From a virus (Duplodnaviria; Caudoviricetes), in the IMG/VR virus record IMGVR_UViG_3300033070_000479, positions 1 to 64,000 of that record: 64,000 nt of DNA, one strand, 5' to 3'. This document shows positions 10,170 through 19,995 of the stretch, in pieces. Position 1 is the first letter of the stretch; each line of letters opens with the position of its first letter. The notes under the pieces were generated by a model. It was not told the DNA's origin, made no database searches, and saw only the letters and a list, made by a program, of their open reading frames with translations. Both the position numbers and the translations under genes were made by a program.

Positions 10170-10573
10170 CGCTAAGACTAGCCGCCCGCGGCTCTCCCGG
10201 CTTCTGCGCGCACGGCGGAAGCTACGAGCCGCTGCGGCGGCACTTAGTCACGATCGCCGCCGAGATGGAGGAGGCTGCTACCCTCATGATGGCTACCGGC
10301 ACTAAGGCCGGTATCGAGGCTGCGTCGGCCGCGCTATTCGGTTATCCTAATACGGACGAGATGAAGGCTGTCGACGAAAAAGAGGAAGCCGAGGCGTACC
10401 GCAGGATGACCGGTATCGACCCGACCAATCCTGATGACGTGAAGTCGGTGGAAGACAAGATGAAGGAGATTAAGCGTAAGCGGCAGGAGAAGGCCGCCAT
10501 GCAGGAGGCGGCAAAATCCGCCAAGCCTAGGCCCAACACCAAGGCTACGTTTCAGAGAAAGAAGAAGAGGTAA
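10142..10573 (+). CDS. tail chaperone extension (lambda T-like), probably translated as a frameshift fusion
   Basis: In the -1 frame relative to the upstream ORF and begins right at the slippery site; Lys/Glu-rich helical C-terminus. An independent start at ATG 10286 cannot be excluded. Confidence 0.5.
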   Translation: MAGLHRCWVTLRLAARGSPGFCAHGGSYEPLRRHLVTIAAEMEEAATLMMATGTKAGIEAASAALFGYPNTDEMKAVDEKEEAEAYRRMTGIDPTNPDDVKSVEDKMKEIKRKRQEKAAMQEAAKSAKPRPNTKATFQRKKKR

Positions 10574-10582
10574 CAGGCTGCC

Positions 10583-13237
10583 ATGGCTGACCCGTATCGC
10601 GATGCCATGTACCGTCAGCTGCTGGACCAACCGCAGACGTTTCGCGGCGCGCCCCCTCCGGCACTCCCTCCGATCTTCGGGCAGGAGTTTCTAGGGCCTA
10701 AGTTTGCCGGTATGGCGTCGATGTTGATGCCGTCCGTGATGAACCTGTTTCAGCAGGCTGTAGGCGGACTAGCCGGTTCGTTTAACGGAAGCCGTGACTT
10801 GTACTCCGTGTACGAGTCCAACAAGTACGCCACGGACATGACGGCCGCCAGGTTCAAGGCGGCTCGTGACGACAATGACCGCATCTACACCCAGTTTGCC
10901 GGTCTCAACAGGGCTTTTAACCCGGGCTCGGTTACTGGTTTTGACGCTAAAGGTAGACCCACGTTCTCTCCGGCTATGGAGGCGCAACTCCGCAATCAGA
11001 CAGACATTGCGACCAAGATGCTCCCCATCCTGTCGCAGTTCGCCCCCGACGCCGTGGACAGCTTTGGTGGAAGACTGGGTCTCCGATCTACGGCTATTCA
11101 GAGTTTCGTAGAGGCTTCGCGGTTTCTACCGAACGAGAGAGGCAGGGCCGGAGGCGTCGACGCGGCCCGTGTGGCCGACTCGGTGTTCAAAGACATCTAC
11201 GCGGACGAGACCGCCAACTCGGTGAGCGGACTGCGGTCAATTCGTGTTGGCCAGCTATTCGACAGTCTCGTACGGTCCGGCAATATCGGCGGCGGTAATG
11301 AAGAGCAGATCGCCAAGAAAGCCGGTGAGGCTATCAAGGCGCATGCCGCTAAGATCCAGGCCGTTAACGACCTGTTCACCGAGAACGGTCTCGACAACGC
11401 CCCGATGGACGTCCTGATGAAGGGTCTTGAGAAGTTGTCGGCTACGCGCGGCAGTGCGTCAGAGGCCACCGTAGCGGCCGATCGGGTTAGGCGGCTCCGT
11501 GAAGCCACGAGAATTAGCGGACTGCAGTTTTCTGAGCTCGTCGACATGCGCGATCAGTACGACGCCAGGGCTCGCGGTCTCGGAGTCAGGGCCGGGCTGT
11601 ACGGCGAGGCGGTACACCAGTCCGTGGCGTACGCCCAGGCGTTCTCGAAACTAGGATATGGGGATATCGGCAGGTCATCCGCCTCGACGTTGAAGCGCGA
11701 CGAGTACATGGCGGCCGACGCTCAACTCAGGGCGGACGCCGGTGCTAGCGGTATGGGTAACTTGGTAGGGGCCATCCTCGCAAGTGCCGGAGACGCTACG
11801 GCCGGGTCAGAGTTTGCAAACCTAGCTAAGAGCATCCGAGAAACCGGAAAGCTGCCGGCGTTCATGTCTGGCGGCGACGCCATGGGCCGTCTTTCGAAGA
11901 TGGCCGAGGCGTCAGGGCTGTCGGGGCAGGTGTTCCAGCGTCAGGTGTATTACGGGCGTTTCGGGAACATCGAGGCGTTGGCGAATGAGACTAGCGGAAA
12001 CGCCCTTAATGCCGTCAGGGAAAGCGGCCAGAGCCGTGAGTACGAGGCTTTCTTGCGGGCACAACTGGGCGGGGCCGCCGCCGCTATGGGCGTCGGCGTT
12101 GACACCCTCATAGCGGACCTTAGATCAGCGTCTGGCGAGAAGGACCAGGCGGCCATGGCAGACGCCATAGCCAAGAAGTACGGCAAGGCGGGCGCGGCGA
12201 CACAGACGCTCAAGACGGCGCTCAACGAGGCCAGCACCTACGGAGTACCGGCCGGAGTTAGTGCCGGGTCTGAAGAGGCGCTTAAGTACTCAGTACAAAA
12301 CAGACTCAGGTTGACGAACCCGGAGGCCATTAAAGCCGCTAAAGAAGCCCGTAAGGACATGGCCGAGGGCGCCAACGTACGAAACGCGCTCGAGGCCCTA
12401 GGCCGCGACGACGTCGGGCGCAGGCTATTTCAGGAGTTCGCCGGTCTGGCCCAGGCCGGTCCGGTTGATCCTAAGCGTGAGCAGGACGTCATCAAGCGCA
12501 TGTCTCAGGCTGCTGCCAGACTCGTAGGTGTTGTGCCGGAGGCCGCGATACGGGAGCAGCTCCAGGGCATGGACCGCAAGGCGCTGGCAGAGCTGTCAGA
12601 CAACCCGCGTACAGGTGAGCTGGTCGATAAGGCACTTAACCAGGGGGCCGGTGCCGGTGCCGTCGGAGGCGGTGCAGGTGCTGCCGCGCACAAGGCCGTT
12701 ACCGACGCGGAGAAGAAGGCCGCCGACAACGACAAGCCGACACCGGTTAAGATCATTAACGCCCTCGACCTCAACGACGTCGGGCGCAGGCTATTTCAGG
12801 AGTTCGCCGGTCTGGCCCAGGCCGGTCCGGTTGATCCTAAGCGTGAGCAGGACGTCATCAAGCGCATGTCTCAGGCTGCTGCCAGACTCGTAGGTGTTGT
12901 GCCGGAGGCCGCGATACGGGAGCAGCTCCAGGGCATGGACCGCAAGGCGCTGGCAGAGCTGTCAGACAACCCGCGTACAGGTGAGCTGGTCGATAAGGCA
13001 CTTAACCAGGGGGCCGGTGCCGGTGCCGTCGGAGGCGGTGCAGGTGCTGCCGCGCACAAGGCCGTTACCGACGCGGAGAAGAAGGCCGCCGACAACGACA
13101 AGCCGACACCGGTTAAGATCATTAACGCCCTCGACCTCAACGTCAACATATCCGGTAAGGTAGATATGCCGGGCGGCGGAGAGATTAGGGCCAGTAACCT
13201 GAACATTACCGCCACTCCCAGAGGGGGTAACGCGTGA
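10583..13237 (+). CDS. putative tape measure protein
   Basis: Long Ala/Gly-rich helical protein between the chaperone pair and the baseplate genes. Confidence 0.6.
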   Translation: MADPYRDAMYRQLLDQPQTFRGAPPPALPPIFGQEFLGPKFAGMASMLMPSVMNLFQQAVGGLAGSFNGSRDLYSVYESNKYATDMTAARFKAARDDNDRIYTQFAGLNRAFNPGSVTGFDAKGRPTFSPAMEAQLRNQTDIATKMLPILSQFAPDAVDSFGGRLGLRSTAIQSFVEASRFLPNERGRAGGVDAARVADSVFKDIYADETANSVSGLRSIRVGQLFDSLVRSGNIGGGNEEQIAKKAGEAIKAHAAKIQAVNDLFTENGLDNAPMDVLMKGLEKLSATRGSASEATVAADRVRRLREATRISGLQFSELVDMRDQYDARARGLGVRAGLYGEAVHQSVAYAQAFSKLGYGDIGRSSASTLKRDEYMAADAQLRADAGASGMGNLVGAILASAGDATAGSEFANLAKSIRETGKLPAFMSGGDAMGRLSKMAEASGLSGQVFQRQVYYGRFGNIEALANETSGNALNAVRESGQSREYEAFLRAQLGGAAAAMGVGVDTLIADLRSASGEKDQAAMADAIAKKYGKAGAATQTLKTALNEASTYGVPAGVSAGSEEALKYSVQNRLRLTNPEAIKAAKEARKDMAEGANVRNALEALGRDDVGRRLFQEFAGLAQAGPVDPKREQDVIKRMSQAAARLVGVVPEAAIREQLQGMDRKALAELSDNPRTGELVDKALNQGAGAGAVGGGAGAAAHKAVTDAEKKAADNDKPTPVKIINALDLNDVGRRLFQEFAGLAQAGPVDPKREQDVIKRMSQAAARLVGVVPEAAIREQLQGMDRKALAELSDNPRTGELVDKALNQGAGAGAVGGGAGAAAHKAVTDAEKKAADNDKPTPVKIINALDLNVNISGKVDMPGGGEIRASNLNITATPRGGNA
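12408..13142 (+). repeat. exact 366-bp tandem direct duplication (122 codons, in frame)
   Basis: 12408-12773 matches 12774-13139 with no difference found on base-by-base reading; 3-nt ACG microhomology at the junction. Confidence 0.95.
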
Positions 13238-13872
13238 TAGCGTTTACGCCGTCCGACCTGTTCGGCAGCTCCCCCGGCATCGTCGGTATGTCGACGCTTA
13301 CTAAAGCGACGCCGATACTGATCTTTATGGGTGGCGAGGACGAAGACTCGCCGGAACTGACTGTCAGAGAATACCTTGCGGCTGTGACTAGCGTAGACTT
13401 TGAGGCGTCTTCTGGTCTGTCTGTGACGCACTCGTTCGGAGACGCCATTCGGTTTTACACGTTTTCCGAGCGTGTCATGCCGTGCATGCTGCGCGGAGTT
13501 CTGTTTGCCGGGTTGTGTGAGCAGAGCGTAAACGACGAGACCACCGGAGTCGACGGTATCCTGGAGTACTACGAAAAGGTCAGGGCGTCGTCGCGACGAG
13601 TACCTATCCGCGTACGTCTCGGTAAGTTCTCAGAGTTTCGCGGCATGGTGGAGAAGTTGACTGTACAGTTCTCGAAACCGGAAATGGCGATGTTCGATTT
13701 CGCCATGACGATTCAGCTGATACCGCGTGTCACACCGCGACGCAGGTTTATCCCGCCCGTAGTAGTGAGTGACGAAGAGAGTACAGGGGGCGGCGGTGAC
13801 TGGGGAGCTGACGACCCGTGGGGTACTGGCCCGGATCACATAGAACTCCTAACCGGTGAGTTGATTAGGTGA
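13234..13872 (+). CDS. putative baseplate/tail-tube initiator protein
   Basis: GTGA overlap with the tape-measure stop; beta-rich; synteny. Confidence 0.4.
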   Translation: MIAFTPSDLFGSSPGIVGMSTLTKATPILIFMGGEDEDSPELTVREYLAAVTSVDFEASSGLSVTHSFGDAIRFYTFSERVMPCMLRGVLFAGLCEQSVNDETTGVDGILEYYEKVRASSRRVPIRVRLGKFSEFRGMVEKLTVQFSKPEMAMFDFAMTIQLIPRVTPRRRFIPPVVVSDEESTGGGGDWGADDPWGTGPDHIELLTGELIR

Positions 13873-14579
13873 TAAACGCCCTGCGCACAACGATGCTCAA
13901 CACGTCGACCCGGGAAAGACCCGGGCCCGGCGATGAGTTCATTGACGAGTCGTATGTTCCTGTAACCCTGCCGGAACATTTGCGGGTAGCCCGAGACGCA
14001 CTGTTCGGTGTCGGGCACGACTACTACGGTCGTAACTGCACCGCCGCTAGAATTTTGTCCGTAGTCGAGTGGCACAAGGATCTCAGAGCCGCGTGCCGGG
14101 AGCCGGACGCCCGTATCAGCTACTCGATTCCTTACCCGGTTACGCCGGACCCCAACGTACCGCCGGGTGTAGTCATTCAGTCGGACGGCCCGGCGTACCC
14201 GCAGCAGCCGGGTCGTGGGTACGGCAAGTGGTTCCTGTCGTACTCGGCCCCCACTGTGACTATTCGTGAAGTGTCTAGCGGCGCTTCGACGACGTACGAC
14301 ATATCCGTACCCAGCAAGCCATTGGTCGGTACCGCGCTGTTTGCCTCGTTCGACGCGTCGTCAGGGTTCGAGAACTCGGTGATTGAATTCTGGCAGAAAC
14401 CGACTCACGTGTGGTCCGGGTTCGCGGACGCCTACGCGCACACCTTGCGCGTCACAGGAAGTCCAGGACGTGACGCCGTAACCGCGATCGCTCAGAACGA
14501 CCCGCAACCGTTTGTGAGATCCGCCGCAGCCGCCCTCTGCCTGGCATTCTCCGTGTACGACCTGTGGGCGGAGTCCTAA
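13869..14579 (+). CDS. hypothetical virion protein
   Basis: Translationally coupled on both sides within the baseplate module. Confidence 0.45.
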   Translation: MINALRTTMLNTSTRERPGPGDEFIDESYVPVTLPEHLRVARDALFGVGHDYYGRNCTAARILSVVEWHKDLRAACREPDARISYSIPYPVTPDPNVPPGVVIQSDGPAYPQQPGRGYGKWFLSYSAPTVTIREVSSGASTTYDISVPSKPLVGTALFASFDASSGFENSVIEFWQKPTHVWSGFADAYAHTLRVTGSPGRDAVTAIAQNDPQPFVRSAAAALCLAFSVYDLWAES

Positions 14580-16714
14580 TGCACAGGGTCATAGACCACT
14601 CCGTTGCCGTGGGCTTTGAAGCAACCAGCCTGTTACAGGCCACTGGCGGGGAGACGGACCCAAACGCCCAGGCGCTACTACTGGCTGTAAGGTCAGAGCC
14701 GACGCACGTGCGAATCACAGTGGATCAGGCCGTAGAGTGGAACGTAGTACTGTCGTTTCCTACTAGCGTACAGCTGGATTACGGCCTAAACCAGATACCA
14801 AGAGCCTTGGTTCAACTAAGCAGCGGTGTTGAGGGGTCTAATGAGTCTGACTCTTCGATAGACAGATATCTGATCAAGTACTTGCTAGAGTACGGGGCGT
14901 CGACCCGGATCAAGTGCCGCGTCTACGTAAAGCAGGAAACAACCGACTACGGAATTCTTCCGGACGACGAGGACTCCGCCCCGTTCATCGACGAGACGGT
15001 GGTGGCGTTTGACGGGTGGGTTGTCGCCGTAGCAAACGACGCCGGCCCCTCTGTGACTCTGACGCTGTCTCACGTGTCGGCGTCACTGGCCGAGTCTTCA
15101 TCCGTGTCCAACGCCATTGCTGCCGGTTACGCCGGCGGTCTTACGTACAACAGCGCCCTGAACCCGCTGATACGGACTCCTAACCCCCTGGTTAACGCGG
15201 CGTCCACGGCGGCTACCCTGTCGTCCGTGTTTACAACCTCGGCGTCGGCTCCTAACGTAACTGAAACAGACTTCTGGGGTTACAACGTTCCTAACGCCAC
15301 GGGTGGTCGGCACGACCGGTGCGGAGTGCGGCGGTTTTTTAGCAAGATTGTTTCAGACGACCTGTTCGCCTACAACTCGGTCACAGACGAACTGGGCGAC
15401 CCACTATGCCCTGATGCAGGGATAAAAAACGACTCTGCGGCGGCGGCACTGAATCGCTTCGAGCCCTTCTACGACGAAGCCAGCGGAGACGCAGACCCGA
15501 CTGAGGCGGCTGCCCGCTGGTCCGTCATGACTACGGCCGTCAGAACCATCACAGGTACCGACTCGGCAGACAGGTCCGGACTTGTTGAGGAGGCTGGCGA
15601 AGCTTATTACAAGGTCGGGTACAGGTACGGCGTACCGCTGTCGTTCCGGGTTCCCACTGAGAAAGTGCTCGGAGTAGACCCTGGTAAAGGGCTCGCAGAC
15701 TCTGTTGGACGTCTGACCCTCGGAGACATTGGTCCGTCTACGATCTGGGATAAGCTGGTAGCGTCGTTCTGCCCTAACCTTCAGGCTGCCGTAGTCCCAA
15801 TGGCGGACCGGCTCCTGCTGGTGCCTGTTCACCCGTGTCGCAGTAAGGACTGGACAACGGTATCCGTTAACGAGATCGACGAGTTCAGGCTCGAGCTGGA
15901 CGACACGACGCCCATACGCGGGGCTTACCTGTTGGGGCGCAACGTGCAGTGGGCCGGGGCCATTAAGGGTACCGAGGGTCTACCGGAAAGGCCTCACGCC
16001 GTGTACGACGGCTGCGGGGCTGGACGGTTCGCGTTCTTCACCTGCCCCGAGTGGCTTAACGCTTACGAGGCCTCGCCGCACATCATGGGCGGTCCGGCTC
16101 TAGGCGGAGTTCGCAGGGCAGCAGGAGACCCGGCCACTAAGAAGAAAGCCGCAGACGCCATAAAGCCGGTACGGGTGTGGGAGCCTAACGACCCACTATT
16201 CGACGGTAACAACGATGAAGGCGGTCCTGTATTAACGGACGAAGAACAGGACAGGCAGATCGCTGCAAGTCGGCGAGACCTTCGGTTGTCGATCGGCAGG
16301 TCTCTGGCCAAGACGCTGGCAGCCAGAGAGCACCTTAAAAAGCGTACTGCTACGCTGAGGACCAGGCCGCGCTTCGACATAGGGCCCGGGTCTACGATCA
16401 AGGTAGAGGTTCCGGCCGACAGGGCTGAGGGCACCGCCACCGAGCGGTACCCGTCTTGGATTACAGGTACTGTAGTGCGAGTTACTATGGTACTATCGTC
16501 TGAGGCCGTCACAGCCTACTGCGCGTTCGAGCTTTCCGACGTGCGTACATCGGCGGACAGGGCGATGGACGCTGGCACTACACAAGAGTCGCCACACGGT
16601 ACGGTGTCCTCGGACGCCTACCACCCGTTCTGGTCGACAGAGTGGTACGGGTGCCCGTTGGCCGACTCTCAGTGGGTTAGAGACAAACTGTGGGCGGGGG
16701 CTACCCTTGAGTGA
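14579..16714 (+). CDS. putative baseplate hub protein
   Basis: TAATG coupling gives a start at 14579; C-terminal LRTRPRFDIGPGSTIKVEV...ITGTVVRVTM resembles hub (gp27/gp44-type) proteins. Confidence 0.45.
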   Translation: MHRVIDHSVAVGFEATSLLQATGGETDPNAQALLLAVRSEPTHVRITVDQAVEWNVVLSFPTSVQLDYGLNQIPRALVQLSSGVEGSNESDSSIDRYLIKYLLEYGASTRIKCRVYVKQETTDYGILPDDEDSAPFIDETVVAFDGWVVAVANDAGPSVTLTLSHVSASLAESSSVSNAIAAGYAGGLTYNSALNPLIRTPNPLVNAASTAATLSSVFTTSASAPNVTETDFWGYNVPNATGGRHDRCGVRRFFSKIVSDDLFAYNSVTDELGDPLCPDAGIKNDSAAAALNRFEPFYDEASGDADPTEAAARWSVMTTAVRTITGTDSADRSGLVEEAGEAYYKVGYRYGVPLSFRVPTEKVLGVDPGKGLADSVGRLTLGDIGPSTIWDKLVASFCPNLQAAVVPMADRLLLVPVHPCRSKDWTTVSVNEIDEFRLELDDTTPIRGAYLLGRNVQWAGAIKGTEGLPERPHAVYDGCGAGRFAFFTCPEWLNAYEASPHIMGGPALGGVRRAAGDPATKKKAADAIKPVRVWEPNDPLFDGNNDEGGPVLTDEEQDRQIAASRRDLRLSIGRSLAKTLAAREHLKKRTATLRTRPRFDIGPGSTIKVEVPADRAEGTATERYPSWITGTVVRVTMVLSSEAVTAYCAFELSDVRTSADRAMDAGTTQESPHGTVSSDAYHPFWSTEWYGCPLADSQWVRDKLWAGATLE

Positions 16715-17492
16715 CCCTGGAAAGAAACACAAGCCGCTCTGGACTGACCCGGCCGTTACCGGAGTCAAGGCTCCGCCTATTACCCCGGTTCACGAGGCTG
16801 ACAGGGCGGCACACGACGCGGCTTTCAACTACGCCAAGATGCGCACCCCGGAAACTGCTGACGCGTTTCTAGGCGCCATCAACCCTTGGATTGAGTCGGC
16901 TGTCAGAACTTACGGCGGTAAGGACGCACACCCAGTACTCAAGACCGAGGCCAAGCTTCTGGCGCTTAATGCCACGCCCAACTTCAAACCGGACTCTGGT
17001 GTTAAGCTGCGCACGTACCTCATGTCGCACTGGCAAGGGTTACGGCGTAAGTCCCCGAGACTCGATATCCCGGTATCGGTCCCTGAGCGTATCGGTATCG
17101 ACGCCTCCCGCATACGCCGGCACGCCGAAGACCTGGAAGCGGACCTGGGCCGCCCACCGTCCGACCATGAACTAGCCGACCGCACCGGTCTTCCCATGGA
17201 CCGCATCGCCAAGGCTCGCAACGCCGGCCGTATACGTGTGGGCGCCGACCCGGATGATGACGTCCGCGAAGGGTTATCGGATAAGTTCAAAACGGCCTGG
17301 ATGAACTTCATCCACGCGGACCTTAGTCCTCAGGATCAACTAGTGCTAGAGCACACAGTAGGCCTGAACAACAAAGAGAAGCTAAGTACGTCGCAACTTG
17401 CGACCATGCTTAAGGTTACGCCGGGGGCTATCAGCCAACGGCGTGAAAAGATTCAGAAGATGCTGGACGAGTACAAAGCCGTCACGGAGTAA
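16707..17492 (+). CDS. RNA polymerase sigma-70-family factor (FliA/WhiG-like size)
   Basis: Region 2 (LALNATPNFKPDSGVKLRTYLMSHW), region 3 (LEADLGRPPSDHELADRTG) and region 4 HTH (LSPQDQLVL...STSQLATMLKVTPGAISQRREKI). Confidence 0.85.
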   Translation: MSDPGKKHKPLWTDPAVTGVKAPPITPVHEADRAAHDAAFNYAKMRTPETADAFLGAINPWIESAVRTYGGKDAHPVLKTEAKLLALNATPNFKPDSGVKLRTYLMSHWQGLRRKSPRLDIPVSVPERIGIDASRIRRHAEDLEADLGRPPSDHELADRTGLPMDRIAKARNAGRIRVGADPDDDVREGLSDKFKTAWMNFIHADLSPQDQLVLEHTVGLNNKEKLSTSQLATMLKVTPGAISQRREKIQKMLDEYKAVTE

Positions 17493-17498
17493 CCGGCC

Positions 17499-17990
17499 GT
17501 GGAAGACGACCCGCTGCTTGAGTTCAAGACACAGGTCGAAGCGTGGCAGACTGCTGCCGCCGCTAACGGCCTGGCGGCGCGTCTACCCGGACTCGTGCGT
17601 AGGGAGTGGGTGCGGCCTGCAGGGCTAGACCCCGAGCTGCACGTGTCTGACCCTGAAAACGTCAAGACGGCGATAAGCCGCGAAAGCCTGAACGAGAGCT
17701 ACCGGGTCGCGTATCTCACCGGCGGTCTTCCTAACGCCGGTCGTATCGGCGAGATCATGGCGTTTAAGACGGCAGTCGACTATCTGGGTTCCGCGGAAAG
17801 AGCCCTCCAGGCCAGGTACGCCGGTAAAGTCCGGTGCGCGTCTTGGGCTTCGGCCAGACGCCGCGGTCACGGAGACACCGAGTCTCTTGCCGGGTTCAGC
17901 GCGGCTCTCGAACACTGCCGACGCATTTTGGACGGCGCCACAGTAAACGACAACGCCCCGCCTACCGAAGACGGAGGCACCAGTGGCTGA
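17499..17990 (+). CDS. hypothetical protein
   Basis: 163-aa ORF packed tightly between the sigma gene and the wedge genes. Confidence 0.5.
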   Translation: MEDDPLLEFKTQVEAWQTAAAANGLAARLPGLVRREWVRPAGLDPELHVSDPENVKTAISRESLNESYRVAYLTGGLPNAGRIGEIMAFKTAVDYLGSAERALQARYAGKVRCASWASARRRGHGDTESLAGFSAALEHCRRILDGATVNDNAPPTEDGGTSG

Positions 17991-18390
17991 TAAATTCGGG
18001 TTGGCGTTGTTTAAGCCGGACGGTACCCCGTCTCTGTCGGAGACAGGTCCGTTCGGGTATCCGGCCGCAGGTCCCGGCTGGGCGGCCACCGTCGTCGCTT
18101 ACGAAGTGCTTACTCCGACCGGAAGCGTTCCCGGCAGGTCCACTGCCGGTACGTCGTTCTCCGACGACATAGCCGTGTCTAGGACGCTGATCAAGGCGTC
18201 GGCTATTTCTGGGGCGGCTCTGGAGAAGGTTTGCGGTATCATAAGTAACGCCAAAGACTTTCCTTCCGGGTTGAAACCTAAGACGATAGGTATCGGGTTT
18301 TCAGCCTCGGGGTTACTGGCGGTAGGCTATTCCGCCGCCAACGGCGGTCAGTGTGTCCGCGAGTTCCCACGAGAAACAAGTAATGGCTGA
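17983..18390 (+). CDS. putative gp25-like baseplate wedge subunit
   Basis: VLTPTGSVPGRSTAGTSF resembles the gp25 LLT..GS...P..GT motif; GGAGG SD; precedes the J-like gene. Confidence 0.4.
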   Translation: MADKFGLALFKPDGTPSLSETGPFGYPAAGPGWAATVVAYEVLTPTGSVPGRSTAGTSFSDDIAVSRTLIKASAISGAALEKVCGIISNAKDFPSGLKPKTIGIGFSASGLLAVGYSAANGGQCVREFPRETSNG

Positions 18391-19993
18391 CGCCATCACA
18401 CTGGCCGACCTTCAGAGCGCCGCGCAGACGGACCCGCAAGGAGTCACTGACGCACGGGCAGACCTGGCCACGTTTCTCGAGTCTACGCACCCCGGTCTTG
18501 TGGCGTCGTCCGGACCGGCGGCGGATCTCTTGCTGGGCCCCGCGTCAACGGTCCTGGCGGCGCAACGCGTCGTCAGTGCGGCCGTAGCCGCTTCTGCCGA
18601 CCCGGCCACGGCTTTGGCTGCCGGAGTCAGCCCGTCTGCTTTGACCGACTCTCTTGCGGCTCTCGGTGTTACGCCTGCGACCGCCGCAGCCGCTACCGGA
18701 ACAATCAAGATTACCGTCCCGACCAACACGGCCCCGTTCACGGTATCCACGTCGGTCAAGTTCGTAACGACGACAGGCGTCGAGTTTCGCCCGACGGCCT
18801 CGGTTAAGTTTGTCCGCCCTACGGACGACCCCAACCTGGGCACCCGGCTCACGGCCACTACGTACGGGTGGGTAGGCAGCATAGCCGTGACGGCTAAGAA
18901 CACGGGGTCTGCCGGTAATATCGCAGTCGGTACCGGGCTCGTTATCTCCGGCTTAAGTGTGTCTTCTGCGGCTGCCGAAGCTTCCGATACCTTTGCCGGA
19001 GGCAGGTCGGATGAGACGTCGGCCGAGGTCCTGGCCAGGTTACCGGCCCCGGGAGAGGCCAGAACTGCCGCAACAGCGGCCGGTATACGGTCGCTGATCA
19101 CCGAGGCTGTTCCGGGTTCCACGGTTACTGTGGTCGGATACGGCCACGTGTCCTCGTACAGGGGTCGGCTCGGCGTCGGAATCAAGGCCCCGGGTAGAGT
19201 AGACGCGCGCGTAAGAAAGACGGGCGGGTTGGAGCTCAAGACCGTAACTCTTACCGCGGTCTACAACGGTACTAGTAGCGGCATAACGCAGTGGACGGCG
19301 TACACGACGACCGCAGACGTTGAAGCCCCGGCGTTTGTTTTCAGGGTGTGGAAAGCCGGCACAGTCCCGACTGCTACGAACTCATTCGCCATAACAAACA
19401 GGTACCGCGGTTACGATTCGACTAAAGTCCCAACGGGCGCAGACGTTAAGGATTACCGCGACGCCGCTTTTACGGTAGCCGGTACAGTCGGTGTGCAGTT
19501 CCTGGACCCGACTACGTCGTCTGGCGGCCTAACGGCAGGCGTATCGACAAAGTCCTACGCCGTCACAGTCGCGTACTTCCCTGCAGTACCGATCGGGCAA
19601 ACGGCCGTATCTGGCGACGCAGCGCCTGCGTCTGGGGACTGCCTGGTGATGGGGCCTACGCCTGTGGTAGTCAGTGCCAGCGTCAACATCATAGTGTCCC
19701 CTGGATCTACTGTAGACTTACCGGCAATCGAAGCGTCTGTGGCCTCCGCCATTAACGCTACGGGCATACGCCGCCTTCTCACTGTGGCCGCGGCGACGTC
19801 CGGAGTCGGCGGGTCTACCTTTGGTGTATCATCGGCTACGCTCTCCGGGTCTGTGTACAGGCCGGATAACGTGGTTCAGAGTTTATCGGCGTCTACCACG
19901 CTAGACCCTGGCGTAACAGCCTCTAGCGGGGTTGGGGATCTGTGCACCGCGTTCTTCTGTAGTCCCGACGACGTAACGGTCACGGTGGTATAG
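18383..19993 (+). CDS. baseplate J-like wedge protein
   Basis: AAATGTIKIT...FTVSTSVKFVTTTGVEF...VTAKNTGSAGNI...FAGGRSDETSAEVLARL is a typical Baseplate_J pattern. Confidence 0.75.
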   Translation: MADAITLADLQSAAQTDPQGVTDARADLATFLESTHPGLVASSGPAADLLLGPASTVLAAQRVVSAAVAASADPATALAAGVSPSALTDSLAALGVTPATAAAATGTIKITVPTNTAPFTVSTSVKFVTTTGVEFRPTASVKFVRPTDDPNLGTRLTATTYGWVGSIAVTAKNTGSAGNIAVGTGLVISGLSVSSAAAEASDTFAGGRSDETSAEVLARLPAPGEARTAATAAGIRSLITEAVPGSTVTVVGYGHVSSYRGRLGVGIKAPGRVDARVRKTGGLELKTVTLTAVYNGTSSGITQWTAYTTTADVEAPAFVFRVWKAGTVPTATNSFAITNRYRGYDSTKVPTGADVKDYRDAAFTVAGTVGVQFLDPTTSSGGLTAGVSTKSYAVTVAYFPAVPIGQTAVSGDAAPASGDCLVMGPTPVVVSASVNIIVSPGSTVDLPAIEASVASAINATGIRRLLTVAAATSGVGGSTFGVSSATLSGSVYRPDNVVQSLSASTTLDPGVTASSGVGDLCTAFFCSPDDVTVTVV

Positions 19994-19995
19994 CC

